A stretch of DNA of 61,074 bases, counting the filler, from Basidioascus undulatus (lineage: Eukaryota), in the NCBI GenBank assembly GCA_000826855.1. It is 4 parts of 4 records of this genome, joined end to end, with 100 filler letters (N's around TTAATTAATTAA, not from the genome) between each part and the next. Parts side by side here need not be neighbours in the genome. Positions count along the whole stretch, not along the records: positions 1 to 30,140 come from JTLS01000116.1; 3 more parts are not named here. One strand, written 5' to 3'. The notes beneath the pieces were generated by a model. That model did no database searches. It worked only from the letters and a program-made list of their open reading frames with translations, and was not told where the DNA came from. This document shows, piece by piece, positions 12,452 to 24,020 of this stretch; position 1 is the first letter of the stretch, and each line of letters begins with the position of its first letter. The position numbers were made by a program, and so were the translations under genes.

Positions 12452-13444
12452 GACTGCGTTGGTTTCGACTTTGGAACGTCCAAGATACAACTTCCTTCAC
12501 GCCGCAGTTTGTACGGAACGTAGTCTGTACAGAAGGCGATTGCCACTGCGTTGGTAACAGCCGCACGCTCACGGAAAGCGGAACCCCACTCCCTCATTCT
12601 GTGATGGTGGTGAAAGCGCATTTGTTGACCCGTCAAATGGGCGTAATTAAATTAGGAAAGTTCAGAGTTTAACAGCTGACTGGAGCTGTCGTCCGATCCT
12701 CACACATCTCGATGTTGTGTCTGCCGCAAGAGCGCTGGCTTGCGTCGGGTTGAACGGGCTGCAAACTGCTAAAGAGAGGGTAAGCTGTTTATATATGCAG
12801 GCCATCCAACTGTATCCGGTCCAGTATCAAGGAAAACGTGAAGGTCCAGTGGATAGACGATGAAGTCGAAAGTGGCACTCAAGTGACACATCGCTACCTC
12901 GCTGCAGCTGCATTCCAGCATCGGGTCCGCCCAGCGCCACTCGTCTTACCCCTCAAGGGATACATGGTCACGAGAATACCACAGGCGCATAAGGCAGCAG
13001 AAGTCATGTTAAAAAGTCCTGGGCAGCTGATGGTGTTAGGCAAGTGAAAATAATGGCGCCCGGAAGTGCACAGAGGATGCACCAAGCGTCCAATTTCACG
13101 GTTGCATGATATTTCTCATGATGAAGTTTGACTGTTTGCACTGAGATCGGTCGCAGGGTTCAGTGAAAAAAAAATCCTTGAACAGCGAGCACCATTCAAA
13201 ATCCCGTGTAACGAGGGTCCGGCTAGGATGCCCACGCGGTGAACCTGACGCTGAGCTCCGTTTTAAACGGGCCCGCATCCTCCCCTTGCCTCTCACCATC
13301 GTGACCTTAGTCCTCATTGTCTGGTCCACCCTCAATCTCTATCCACTGCGGTCACAAAAGTCTACCATGATTCGGCGCACTTTCTACGTCCCCCTCGGGG
13401 TCCCTTCCCGCTCGCAGCTGATGCTTATTTCTCGGGGGTAAACA

Positions 13445-14750
13445 GGAACTCCTCCAAGGTGACTGAACTCTCATGGACCCACAACACTTATCGTTAACAT
13501 TGTCCCGCTTTTCACCTTCACCGGCTCAGCCCCCACTGGGCGCCCAGCCCTTTGGCCAGTCCGGCCCGCCCGTCGTAGGACAACCCTGAGGTTAGCCTGA
13601 CGACTGAACTCCTCTTGACTCAGTGGATTATGAGTGTCTAATCTTACCTCGAGGCCGAGCGCACTGCCAACACTTCCAACATCGCCGGCGCGCTGGGCAA
13701 CCTCAAGATTACCTCGCCAGAGCCGAGGTGGGTCACGGCGCAAGTGAGTCGGGAGACGAATATCAAAGAGTGGTCTGGGGCTTACAAGGAGTGTTGGAAG
13801 AACGGTTTGAGGATGCCTGGAGAGGAGCGGGTCGCTGCAGTGAAGAAGGGCGCCGTCAAGAGACGGTACGTATGGCAAATGACTACGCTCTCCGACTCAA
13901 CCCGGCCTACTGTCTCTTTCCTATAGGGAGAGGTACACCGAGGTCGACTTGAGGCGGATGGCAGAGTATAGGCTGCGGTACCCGACGATCAACAGCGGAA
14001 TGCAAGCCCTCGCCCTCGACGTGCGCTCCTTCGTCCCACTTGTTCAACTCTCAGTTAGACCGCTATGAACTAACTTTATTGTAGCCGTATAAGTATCCGA
14101 ACCACTCCGCGAGATCTTACCAGGTCAAATGGAGCTTGAACGAGGACGATGGCGAAGCTCGTTCGAGAAGTGGAGAGGCTCAAGAAGGGACGAGGTCCGT
14201 CCTGCATTCATATCCATTGTGTTTCCCCCGTTCAATAAGCCTTTCGGAATGCACAGCTCCGCAGCTGACTTGACCGGGCCCAAGTCCCAGCTTCGAAGGA
14301 CGCGGTCAACGCAGCGGGCTAGGCTGCCTGATTTTGAACACATCTCTAAAGGCACTTCTCATGATCCGCATTTCAGAACGTCAAAGTCGAAGCTTCTCTG
14401 GCGCACATTGAGCCTTCGCAGAAGGTTCCCGGGTGAGCCTTTCCTGCAACCCCGCGTTCTGCGCTGCTACCCAGAGCCTCATTTCTGCTCGAAAGGCGCG
14501 GGGTTTCATGGTCGGCCGCGGACCAGACTTTGCTCGCCGTGTACCTCTCCACTTCAGACGGCAACATAGAGGTTGCGTGTAGTTGTCTTGCCCATGAGGG
14601 GAGTTTCGTGGTGTCCACGGTCGGTTCCCTTCGACTACGTTGTGCATTAAACCGACTCACAGCATCGGTACAGAAGCTTTCTGGCTGAAAGGGGGGATAC
14701 GGGACGTTTAAGGCTTCCGTTCCAGCAGGTGAAGAGGCTGAAGAAGTAAA
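13445..14750 (+). mobile_element. Possible decayed Crypton-like tyrosine-recombinase (N-terminal half)
   Basis: Stop-interrupted frame: HNTYR*HCPAF...LTTELLLTQW...VSRETNIKEWSGAYKECWK...KRR/ERYTEVDLRRMAEY, then RGSRRDEVRPAFISIVF and RCYPEPHFCSKGA. This loosely follows the motif order I recall for Crypton/Ndc10-II proteins. Resemblance only. Confidence 0.3.
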
Positions 14751-15200
14751 GCGCGCTTGTGGGTTCTGAAATGTTGCTCGAAAACGTCCTTCTGCAACTG
14801 AGCTCGACCGCACATGAAAACTGCTTGGTCTCGTAGCTCGACTCCGAATGCCCTGTCGGCCCCATATGAGAGCTTTTGGTGCCTTAAAAAGTCTCTCTAC
14901 TTCAGATGTGCAGGTCGGCCAAAAACGGGTAGGTCAAGCATCGATAAAGCTGCAGTTCCACGCGGACACTGCAAGCCGCTTGCTTTGTCCTTCGCTGACA
15001 AACAATCTGGCGCTTGCAGGGGCAGGTCTGCGGAAATTTGAACTGCATGTAATACCAGTGAACTAAACACGAACACACGCCAAGAAAAGTAGCATGGAGC
15101 TTTGGCTCGAGTTCGTGTCATCGCTTCCCTCAGCATTCACGACCGTCAGCATCCGGCAACCGCCCGGATCACCGTGCGCCAGTCGTTCATCCACCATGCC

Positions 15201-16068
15201 ATGTCATCTTCCGATCCAAGCAACTGGGACGCAGAGATGCAGCCACTCCTAGACTCCGATCCAATCTCATATGCCCAGCGAACTTGGGCGAAGATCCGGA
15301 CAGGCGTCTCACATGTCGTCGGAAACCCATTCTTTGAACGGGTCATCCTGGCACTGGTAGTCCTTTTGCTATTTTCTACCTGTCCCCTTCAACTGAACCA
15401 GTCTTTCAGATCATGGTCGATGTGGTCGTGACTTTCGCGGACATATCGTGGGTTGTCACGGGTGAGAAGTGCAGGGAGGGATACCTCACCCATGTGCCCT
15501 CCTGGGTCGCGCTCTTCCGGCGCATTGCCTTTACCCTCAGCGTCTTCTTCATGCTCGAGCCTATATTAAATCTAGTGAGTGCTCTTGATCTTGTTGGTGA
15601 GGCAGATTCTGAAGCTTGCTATGGAGGTGGCATACGGGATCGAGTACTACACGACCGCTCCTCAAGCGGGATGGCATGTACTCGATGCTTTCCTGATTTA
15701 TCTCGGGTTCATTTTGGAGATAGTTCTAAAGGTACGCTTTAAAGTACAATAAACATTTTGATCCGACACTTACAAGCGCACTCGCAGGGCCCGCTGGTCG
15801 ATCTGGCCGCACTGATCATCGTCCTCCGTCTCTGGCGCTTGGTGAAACTCGTGGGCGAAGCAGCTGTGAGGCACCCGTTCTGGACCTAAGTGGAGATGCT
15901 GAATTCGGTGGTTTGTAACTTTAGGTCGGCGTCAGCGAGCTTAAAGAGGACGAGTCCACACGGGCTGAGGACCTCGAACAACGGTGCCGTGACCTGGAGA
16001 ATAGGGTGAAGATGTACGAAGAGCGTTTCGGAGATGGTGACAGTGTCATGTCTCCAGCCGAGTTGTGA
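15201..16068 (+). CDS. Voltage-gated proton channel Hv1-type protein, 5 exons
   Basis: S1 FERVILAL/IMVDVVVTFADI carries the selectivity Asp. S2 AFTLSVFFMLEPILNL, S3 WHVLDAFLIYLGFILEIV, S4 LIIVLRLWRLVKLV, then a C-terminal coiled coil (RAEDLEQRCRDLENRVKMYE). No pore domain. Confidence 0.88.
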
Positions 16069-16325
16069 TGATCTCAACACTGACTGAAGAAGTGCTGAAA
16101 TCGTTTGTCTTGGCTGCAACAAGTTGGTTGCGTTGGAATTCTCGTCTATGGTGTTCCTGTACTGGGCATTAGACAGACAGCTTAGAGAACGTGGTGACCA
16201 CAAGTTGGAAGAAAAACAATGCATATTCACTTTGCCTCTCGAGTCACAGGATCATAAAGAACGGAAAGAGTCGAGGGAACAGAGACAAACGGGGGGCAAG
16301 AGACGACAGGGTGTGGCACGTGCGA

Positions 16326-19300
16326 TCAAGCATCCTCCTCCAGCGCAGCCTGCTGAGGGACAGGGGCAAGAGCCTCGAGATTGTCAATGAGCTCCTTCTG
16401 CAGCCGCGCGAGGTAGCCGGCGAGCTCGCGAGGCGGGAGGAGCGAGCTGTCAAGCGCCTGGTTGAGCTGCGCGACGAGCTGCGGGGACGATGACATTCAG
16501 AATGCTTCGCGCTCAGTAGTGGAAAACAAAAAAGGAGGGGAGAGCAATAGATCAGTGCGTCCTGACCGTCAGCAGGACTTTGCGCCTCGCAGCCGTGCGG
16601 TTGGACGCGGACGCTGCGCGGCCGATGGCCTCCTTGTCCGCGAGTGCGTTCGAGACGGTGCGCGCCTTGTCGAGCAGGTCCTGCGGCAGGCCGGCGAGCT
16701 GAGCAAGCTCCAGTCCTAGGAAGCGTCTTAGCCGGTCAGAAAGTCAGCCACTGTGGAATGAAAACTGTGCTGCATGCCGTAGTGCTCCTCGGTCGCAGTC
16801 CCGTCAAGCACCCGGTACTCAAACGTCATGCCGAACCCGCCATGCGCGTTGCGGTTGGTCTGTTCACCTATATCAGATGAGAATAATGCGATTCGATATT
16901 CAAAGCTTACGTGAGTAGCGAGATGCAGGTTGACGACGCCTGGCAGATGGCTGAGGGACACGGAGAGCTCGCGGAAGTGCGTTGCGAAGAATGTGAAAGC
17001 CTGCCTCATACCCGCCTTTCAGCGTCAGTAAGTTGATTCCAAAGAGGAAAGATCGACATACCTTGATGTCTATGAGCGCCTCAGCGATCGCATGGCTGAT
17101 GCCGACTCCCTCGTGCGGTGAAGTCCCCCGGCCCACCTCGTCGATGAGCACGAGGCTCTGCTGCGTAGCGAGGCTGAGGATGAGGCTCATGGACGCCATC
17201 TCAACTGCGAACGTCGACATGTTCTGCTCGATCGTGTCGTTGTTGGACAGGCGAGAGAGGAGGGCATCGTGCAGGCTGTAAGCAGCGTCAGCATAGATCT
17301 GGGAGAGGATTGTGAGAGCGGTGAACCGACCGGAAGCTGGCGTATTCGGCTGAAACGTGCGTGGTGAGAACAAGCCCTGAAGGAAAGAGGAGTAGCGGCG
17401 TACCTGGAACGAAGCTCCCGATGCTGGCCATGACTGATAGGAGCGCGATCCTGCCATTTATCTCCGACAGTCAACGCCGCCCTTCCCGGCTGTGGAATGA
17501 AAAAGGCAGCTTACTCGCGGAGAAAAACAGATTTCCCTGCCACGGCGATAATGGGAAGCTAACAGATCAGCCACGTTGCGATCGGACCTACCAAGATGTT
17601 CGTACCAGACATGTTCGGTCCCTACGAACACAGAATCATGAGCATCAAGTTGAATAGACGAGAAAACAAGGAAGGCTGCGTACCTGGATGATCTGGAAGT
17701 GCGCTGCATCCGAGGCGTATGAGTCGTTCGGGATGAACGTGCCCGGCTCTGCCTTCTCGAGCATGGGGTGCCGAGCGTTCTTGAGTGCGAGAGTGCCGGT
17801 CTAAACGACACGAGGGGTGGCTCAGTTCTCACGAGTAGCAGACGTAGAGCAGACGTTACAGTCCACGCACGAGCTCGGGGCGGACTACGTCGGAGGACAA
17901 GCGGAGCTTCGTTATTTATCGGAGGGCTGTGGTGTTAGTTGAGCGACGCACTGTAGCTCTGCACTGCGCGCTCCTCAGCCGTGTCAGCGCGTAGGTGGGA
18001 AGACAGAAAGGGGGCACCTTACCCGACGCGACGTGGGCGAAGGACGCGATGAGGTCGAGCATCGCCACCGCCTCGCTCGCCTTCCACAGCGCGCCGACGA
18101 GGCTGAGCACCTCCTCGCGCAGCTGCGTCACGATCCTTCGTTTGGATTTGAGCTCGTCAGTATAGGTCGGAACTCCGCATGCAGAACGTGACGAAAGACG
18201 CACTGCTCGCTGAGGAGGAACACTTCATTGAGCGAGTCGTTGATGCGTGTGTTGCGCTTGAGCATCTACCCGATCCCGCGTGTTAGAATTGTACTGCAGC
18301 GTACAGTTGGGTAGTGTCGGACACACCTCAAGACTAGTGAACGACAACTTGCCGCCCTGCTTGCGGACGACGTTGGTGAAGACCGACGGTAGTTCGCGCC
18401 CGTCCAGGTCGTCCTCTTTGAGCGCGAGCGAGAACATGCCGGCGTTGTACACGCAGTTGATGGGGAGCGAGTACTTCTCTGAGAACAAGCTTAAAGCGTC
18501 AGCGCAGGTCGCTAATGAGGGGGAGAATGTGGCGGACGCACCCCCGTACTGGCTGGCCAGTTCAAAAATGTCCGAGATGTTCTCCTTGTAGCACTCGCGC
18601 GCAACGTCGAGGAGCAAGCTGAAGTTAGCCTGGAACGGACCGCTCACCCTCAGTTCGCGGGCTCTGGTAGGCGCGGGGAAGAACAGGCCCACCTTCACAG
18701 CGTAGATCTTTGCATTCCTCGCCGGCAGCCCACTCGTCTTCTGCACGTTCGCGTCCTCGTTGATGCGCTCGGTGATCTTGTCCTCGATCTGGCCGATGCG
18801 GTCGTCGGTGAGGAGCTGCCCTCAGCCACACCAGCATCAGTATCCTTACCCCCGCCACCCACCGAGGAGAAAGGAGAACGCTCACATGCGAGATCATCCT
18901 GAGCTGCATTGACTGGCAGCTCTGCGTCGCGACGCGGAGGCCGTCGAGCCCGCGCACGATGCCGCGTAGGTTCAGCAGCTGGCCGATGAGCGTCTCGACG
19001 GCTTTGACGTTGGCTCCGGGGGAGTTGTCGACGCGCGTGAGCTGCACGGGGTTCGTTGTGTAAGCGCCAAGCTTTCGGTGCCCGAGAAGAGGTGCAAACG
19101 TACCGCAGCGATGAGCTTGTCGAGGTCCTTCCCAGCGAGCGGCTTCAGCGCGGCTTGGATTGCACGGTACTTGTCCTGTCCACAGAAACTAACTAAGCAC
19201 CTTATGGCTGCAGAGAAAAGGGGAAGACGTTGCGCACCTCGCTATGGAGAATCTCCTCGACCGCGTCGAGCCGGGCCTCGATCGGGTCTTGCACTGTGGG

Positions 19301-20542
19301 GTCCATCGCATCAGCTTCCAATCAGCTTGGGACAGGGGAAAGCTTGAAGTCGGCTTGATGCTTACCAGCCATGGGCTGCAGGATGTTGGAGCGCAGGAGC
19401 CTCTCCGCCATTGGCGTTGACGTGTGGTTGAGGAGGCCTGCAGGCGTTGCGATTGAGTTGCCGGTTCAGAGACTTTGGTGTCACCGACAAGGGTCAATGG
19501 AGTGAAACGCACTGAACAGAGACAGCCCCTTGCGCTGCTGCATGATGTTCGTGACGAGCTCGAGGTTCCGCGCCGTCTCGGTGTCGATGAGCATCGTGCC
19601 CTCCAGCCCGGCGTACATGATGTGAAGACTGTGCACGGCGAAGACGCAGTTTAGGTTGTTCTCGAAGTACTTGAAGAGCGCGGACGTCGCGGACAGAGCG
19701 TAGTACCTGGGGAAGCATCGTCAGTCACCGGAAACAGAAGAAGGAAGACGCAAGATGGAAGACGCACTTGGACTGCACCGAGAGGAGGACGCTCGCCGTG
19801 TCCGTGTCCTCGACGATCATCTGCGTGATGTAGTCCAGCCCGGCGGAGTCGTTGAACCACTTGCGCTGTGGGCGGTATGGAGATCGGTGCGCGGCTCAGC
19901 GGGAAGGAGAGCGCAACGACAGGCCAGTCGAAACGCACCTGGATGGCGTGGATCGGCACAGGTCCGAACTCGTCCTCAAGCGACTGGACCTGCATGTGGT
20001 ACATGAAGTTGGATGCGTAGATTTGAGGACAAGGGCCGCGAGGACGCACGAGCAAGGACGGCTGGGGAGCCTGTCCACGGCCGGGACGCGTCTCGTCGTG
20101 GTTGGTTGCGTTGGTCGAGCAGACGAGGATGACGGCGGGGGAGTCTGTACACCACCAGTCATTCCCCTGTATTCTAAGCGCCCTGCACTCCCGCTACAAG
20201 CTTACGAAGTCCGACATGGTGCATCGTCTTGACATGAGTAGCCGCGTCCGCGATCTTCCACCGCCAGCAGATCAGCATCCTACCCGACCATTCACCCGAC
20301 CACAAACGCAATCCACGCACCTGAGTCAGGATCACCCTCCCCGTCTCCTTGTCCATCGCAGCGATGCCCACATCCCGGCCGACGCCCCTCGCCTCGAGGA
20401 TAGCGACGACCCATGTGCCCTCCTCCGGGCCGCCGCCGCGGGACGACGTGCCCGTGCGCGGGCGCGCCGATGCCGACGTCCCTGGGCGCGCGGACGTGCT
20501 GGAGCGCGCGGATTTAGTGTTGCGTGTCGGAGGACGGGACAT
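16326..20542 (-). CDS. MSH4: Meiotic MutS homolog MSH4, many exons
   Basis: S/R-rich N-terminus (MSRPPTRNTKSARSSTSARPGT), VAILEARGVGRDVGIAA, Walker A GPNMSG, STFAVEM, SLVLIDEVGRGTSPHEGVGISHAIAEAL, FTFFATHFREL, EHYGL. It lacks the mismatch-binding domain I. Confidence 0.92.
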
Positions 20543-21499
20543 GGTGCAAGGAGAGGATGATGGCGGATGATGGCGGCACGAGTCAAGGGAGAGCGACACC
20601 GGCGTCGACGACGAGAAGTGAGCACCTGCAACTTGACATGCAATACCGGCAGTGAACTGATGCAAAGACAAGCTTAATTTATAGTTCCCAGCAAAAGCGA
20701 GTTTATTGGGCTTCAACAAGTCGCTGCTGGGTTGACTGACTGCATAGTCGGCTTCAACACGACCGATTGACCGGCATCGACTCCCCTACACTGGGCGATA
20801 AGATAACGTATATCCATCGTAAGAAGGAAGAGCTCAACCGGAAACTATCTTCAATAGTGACTTCATGGTCTCTTAGTAGATGGGTAGCAAAGCACGCCCT
20901 CTGGGCACGAAGACTGCCAGATTCACTCACACAAAGGCCTTTTAGACTCGTTGTTCCATTACCGCTCTACTGAATTCCTGATGTCGCAAATGACTAAAAA
21001 AAAGGGGGCTGTGTAAGGTGAAACACTCAGAAATATGAATGTTGAAAGTAGACGTCTCAAGTAATACGGACATGACAACCTTGCATGCCGCCGTCGTGCC
21101 AGATCTCCAATAGTTTTCGTTCTGCAGGCTGATATCTGCCTTGTGGTCTGCGTTCAGGACTCCGCAATAGAAGTTCTGTCGGAAAATGCAGCTTCAGCCC
21201 ACTGTAAGATGTAAGGTATCTGTGGGTTCTTTTCTCCATCTGTCATCTGCCCCTCTCCCAACTCCAACGTCCCGGCCCGTGCAAATCTCTCCCCAACGAG
21301 ATCATGCCTCCTTTCACACCGATTCATTCATGTCCATAGAGGTAGCCAGACCCTTTCCACCGCGACGGCGGCGGGTCTGGTCTGAACAGCCTGATAGACC
21401 CGGAGCTGGGAAAGAGACGCCTCCCATACCCGCACGCATATGTCAGCTGCAGCCACGGGCACAGCGCTTTCCTTGACCAACAAGTCATAATCCACTCAC

Positions 21500-22185
21500 A
21501 CTAAAGACTGTACAGAGTGACTCCAGATGATCGCACATGGCCTGCTCCTCGCTCCGCTTCCGCACCTGTGCCTGCTGTGCGGCGAATGCTTAGCGGCGTC
21601 CATAAGGTCTGGTCCCACCCCCGCCTGCCTGTCGAAAAACACCAGTGATTGAATTGGCTATGGGTAACGTACCTCCCCACCAGCAGTGAATCTTGGAGTT
21701 CCAGTACACGTCCCAGATAAGATTTAAGTGCCGACAGCTTCTCAGCGCGGAGCGGGTCGCGAACGCCGGCATGCTGTTCATCGAAGAGGCGAGCGCGGTG
21801 CTCCTTCAGCTTGGCGTACACATCCAGAATCGCCTGTCCCTCCTCCGCCCACTGCTCGCTGCTGCAGGCGCTGTAGAGCACCTCGTCTTCCAACGTCCAA
21901 GTGGGTTAAACGGCCGTGAACAATTGCCTGCGACCGACGGATCGCTGGGTCTGTGAGACTATGAGGACAGCAGGCCGACGAGGGCCGGGTGCATACTGTA
22001 ATGAGATGAAGGAGAAGAAAGGAGAAGGTCGTGCTAGTGGGGTATATCGGACGAGCAATACCAGCGGATGGATAGCGTGTTGTTTCGGGTACTGCTTTCA
22101 ACCAAAGTGCGTTTGTGAAGGTGTCTGGATCAGCTTCCCATAGACCCGTGGTCCTCTTGCCGAAGGCTTCAAAATTCAATAACAC
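21500..22185 (-). mobile_element. Coding relic, possibly the C-terminal half of a Crypton-like recombinase
   Basis: TTGLWEADPDTFTNALWLKAVPETTRYPSAG resembles the recalled G-W...YL..LP......AG motif, followed by LSALKSYLGRVLELQDSLLV. Flanks are CpG-poor. Confidence 0.25.
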
Positions 22186-23555
22186 ATAAATTGTTGTGCC
22201 ACCTGTGAAGAGGTTGCCAGCACCATGATCGTAAGCAGGAACAGCTTCAGGTTCATAAACTATTACTAAAATTACTGGGGCTCTGTTGGAACTCCATGGA
22301 GGTGCATTTTGCTGAGCACCAGCGTGTGTATGTCGCGAGTCGAGCTAGGAAATCGCGCCTTTCCAGCAGCTGGCCACAGCGTCCAGCTGTGCATTTTAGT
22401 TTCGACATCGCCTGACATAGCGAAGTCTGCTTGATCCTCTGTTCAAAACCTCCTTAAAACAATGGGGTTCCACTGGTCAACGTTGGGAAACGATGGTGCT
22501 GATCACAAGAGGGAATGCGGACCATGCAGGCTGCTGATCGAGTCGCAGTTTGCGCTGTTTAGTCCACTCTCCTAAGAAAGTCAAAACCGTCATCGAGCAT
22601 CTATATTCTCTCTAGCCACTTCATAACTCTACTCCATCCTCGCACATCCTCAACTACCTGCCGGTGCTACATGTGCATGCCCTGTCCGAATCTGCCACTA
22701 CTATCTTGCCACTCCTAGCTTCATGTCTGAAATATCCACATGCCCTGCTAGAAGAACTGTTGTTTCATTAAAAGGATCAGTGCTGTCTGCAAGCGTGTCG
22801 GCAGCCGACTGCCCAACCCATCTTTTGCGTTGAGCACCCATCCTGTGTGCTGAGGCCGCAGCTGCTGGGAGGTCGCTGCCGCTCGACATCTGTTTCAGTG
22901 TGCGTTCCATCCGCTCAACGCGGGCATATCAGGAATGCAGAGACAAAAGCCCTATCAATGCAGTGCACACGGTCGTTTATCGCAGAGATTCCACCCACGA
23001 AACCCAGCCGTGCCGTTCAAGCAACTGCTCCCGCCCGCTCGGGTCCCCAAGCCCTCTCCCCATAAATACGCAAAGACGTGTGATGCAATGCAATGTAAAT
23101 CCCTACTCCACCCCCCTCCAATCATTCCATCACCTCCCCCGTCCTCTCCTCCGTCCCGGGGACCCACCTTCCCTCCTTCTCGCCCCTCCCCTTCCGCCCC
23201 GCCTTCCTCCGCACTTCGCGCTGCGGCTTCTTCTTCCCCCCCGTGCCTTCCATGTCGATCATCCCTGGTGCCCCACCTGGGGACTCGCTTGTGACGGCCG
23301 CGACGGGGCTGAGGCGCTTGACGCCGCGCGAGCGCGTCTCGACGCGCCCGGATTTGGGGGGGTGCGGGAACGCATCGCCCCAGTGCGACTTGCGCGCGTC
23401 GAGGTAGGCCGACTTGCCTTGCGAGCGCGGAATCGTGAAGCGCTCGACGTTGCCTGACGAGCGAGCGAGCGTCAGCGAGCCGGGCGGGTTTCGGGGTAAG
23501 AAGGGGAGGGATGCAGGGAGGGAGAGGGGGAGGGAACGGGGTTGATTTGGGGGTG

Positions 23556-24020
23556 CTATGGTAGATTCGAGTGAGAAGCTTGGGGCGCGAGAAGGACGGG
23601 AGAAGACGCACCTGGGGATTCGTGAGCTCGCTGCTCTCCACCAGTTCCCTCAGTCGCGCTGAACTCTCGGCAACTACGACTGCCCCTCCGCTCTCTCATC
23701 AGTCCCCGCTTCCTTCCTCGCTCTAATGGCAGAAACTCACAGACCAACCCTCCCCATTCCTCCCCAACCCGCAGCCCAAACTCGAGCCTCAGCCCCTCTC
23801 CCTCCCACGCCTGCACCTTCAAAAGTAGCGCCTGCCCGTCCGGGTCGAGGACAAACTCGACTGGATTCCCCGCATCGTCTGAGGGAGTGAATGTCGGGTT
23901 CGAGGAGGGGGGGGGGAAGGCGATCGAGATCGCAGAGGGGGAGGAGGAGCGGAAGGATAGCGAGCGGAGGGCGAGGATCTCCGGGTGGGGGAAGCGGAGG
24001 TCCATCAGCGGGGGCGGCAT
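23556..24020 (-). CDS. Hypothetical protein exon (gene or relic; further exon-like blocks at ~23100-23455 and ~24235-24375)
   Basis: GC-rich coding-like ORF (MPPPLMDLRFPHPEILALRSLSF...LRLEFGLRVGEEWGGLVCEFLPL) with neighbouring intron signals. No family recognised. Confidence 0.3.
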   Translation of the reverse strand: MPPPLMDLRFPHPEILALRSLSFRSSSPSAISIAFPPPSSNPTFTPSDDAGNPVEFVLDPDGQALLLKVQAWEGEGLRLEFGLRVGEEWGGLVCEFLPLERGRKRGLMRERRGSRSCREFSATEGTGGEQRAHESPGASSPVLLAPQASHSNLP

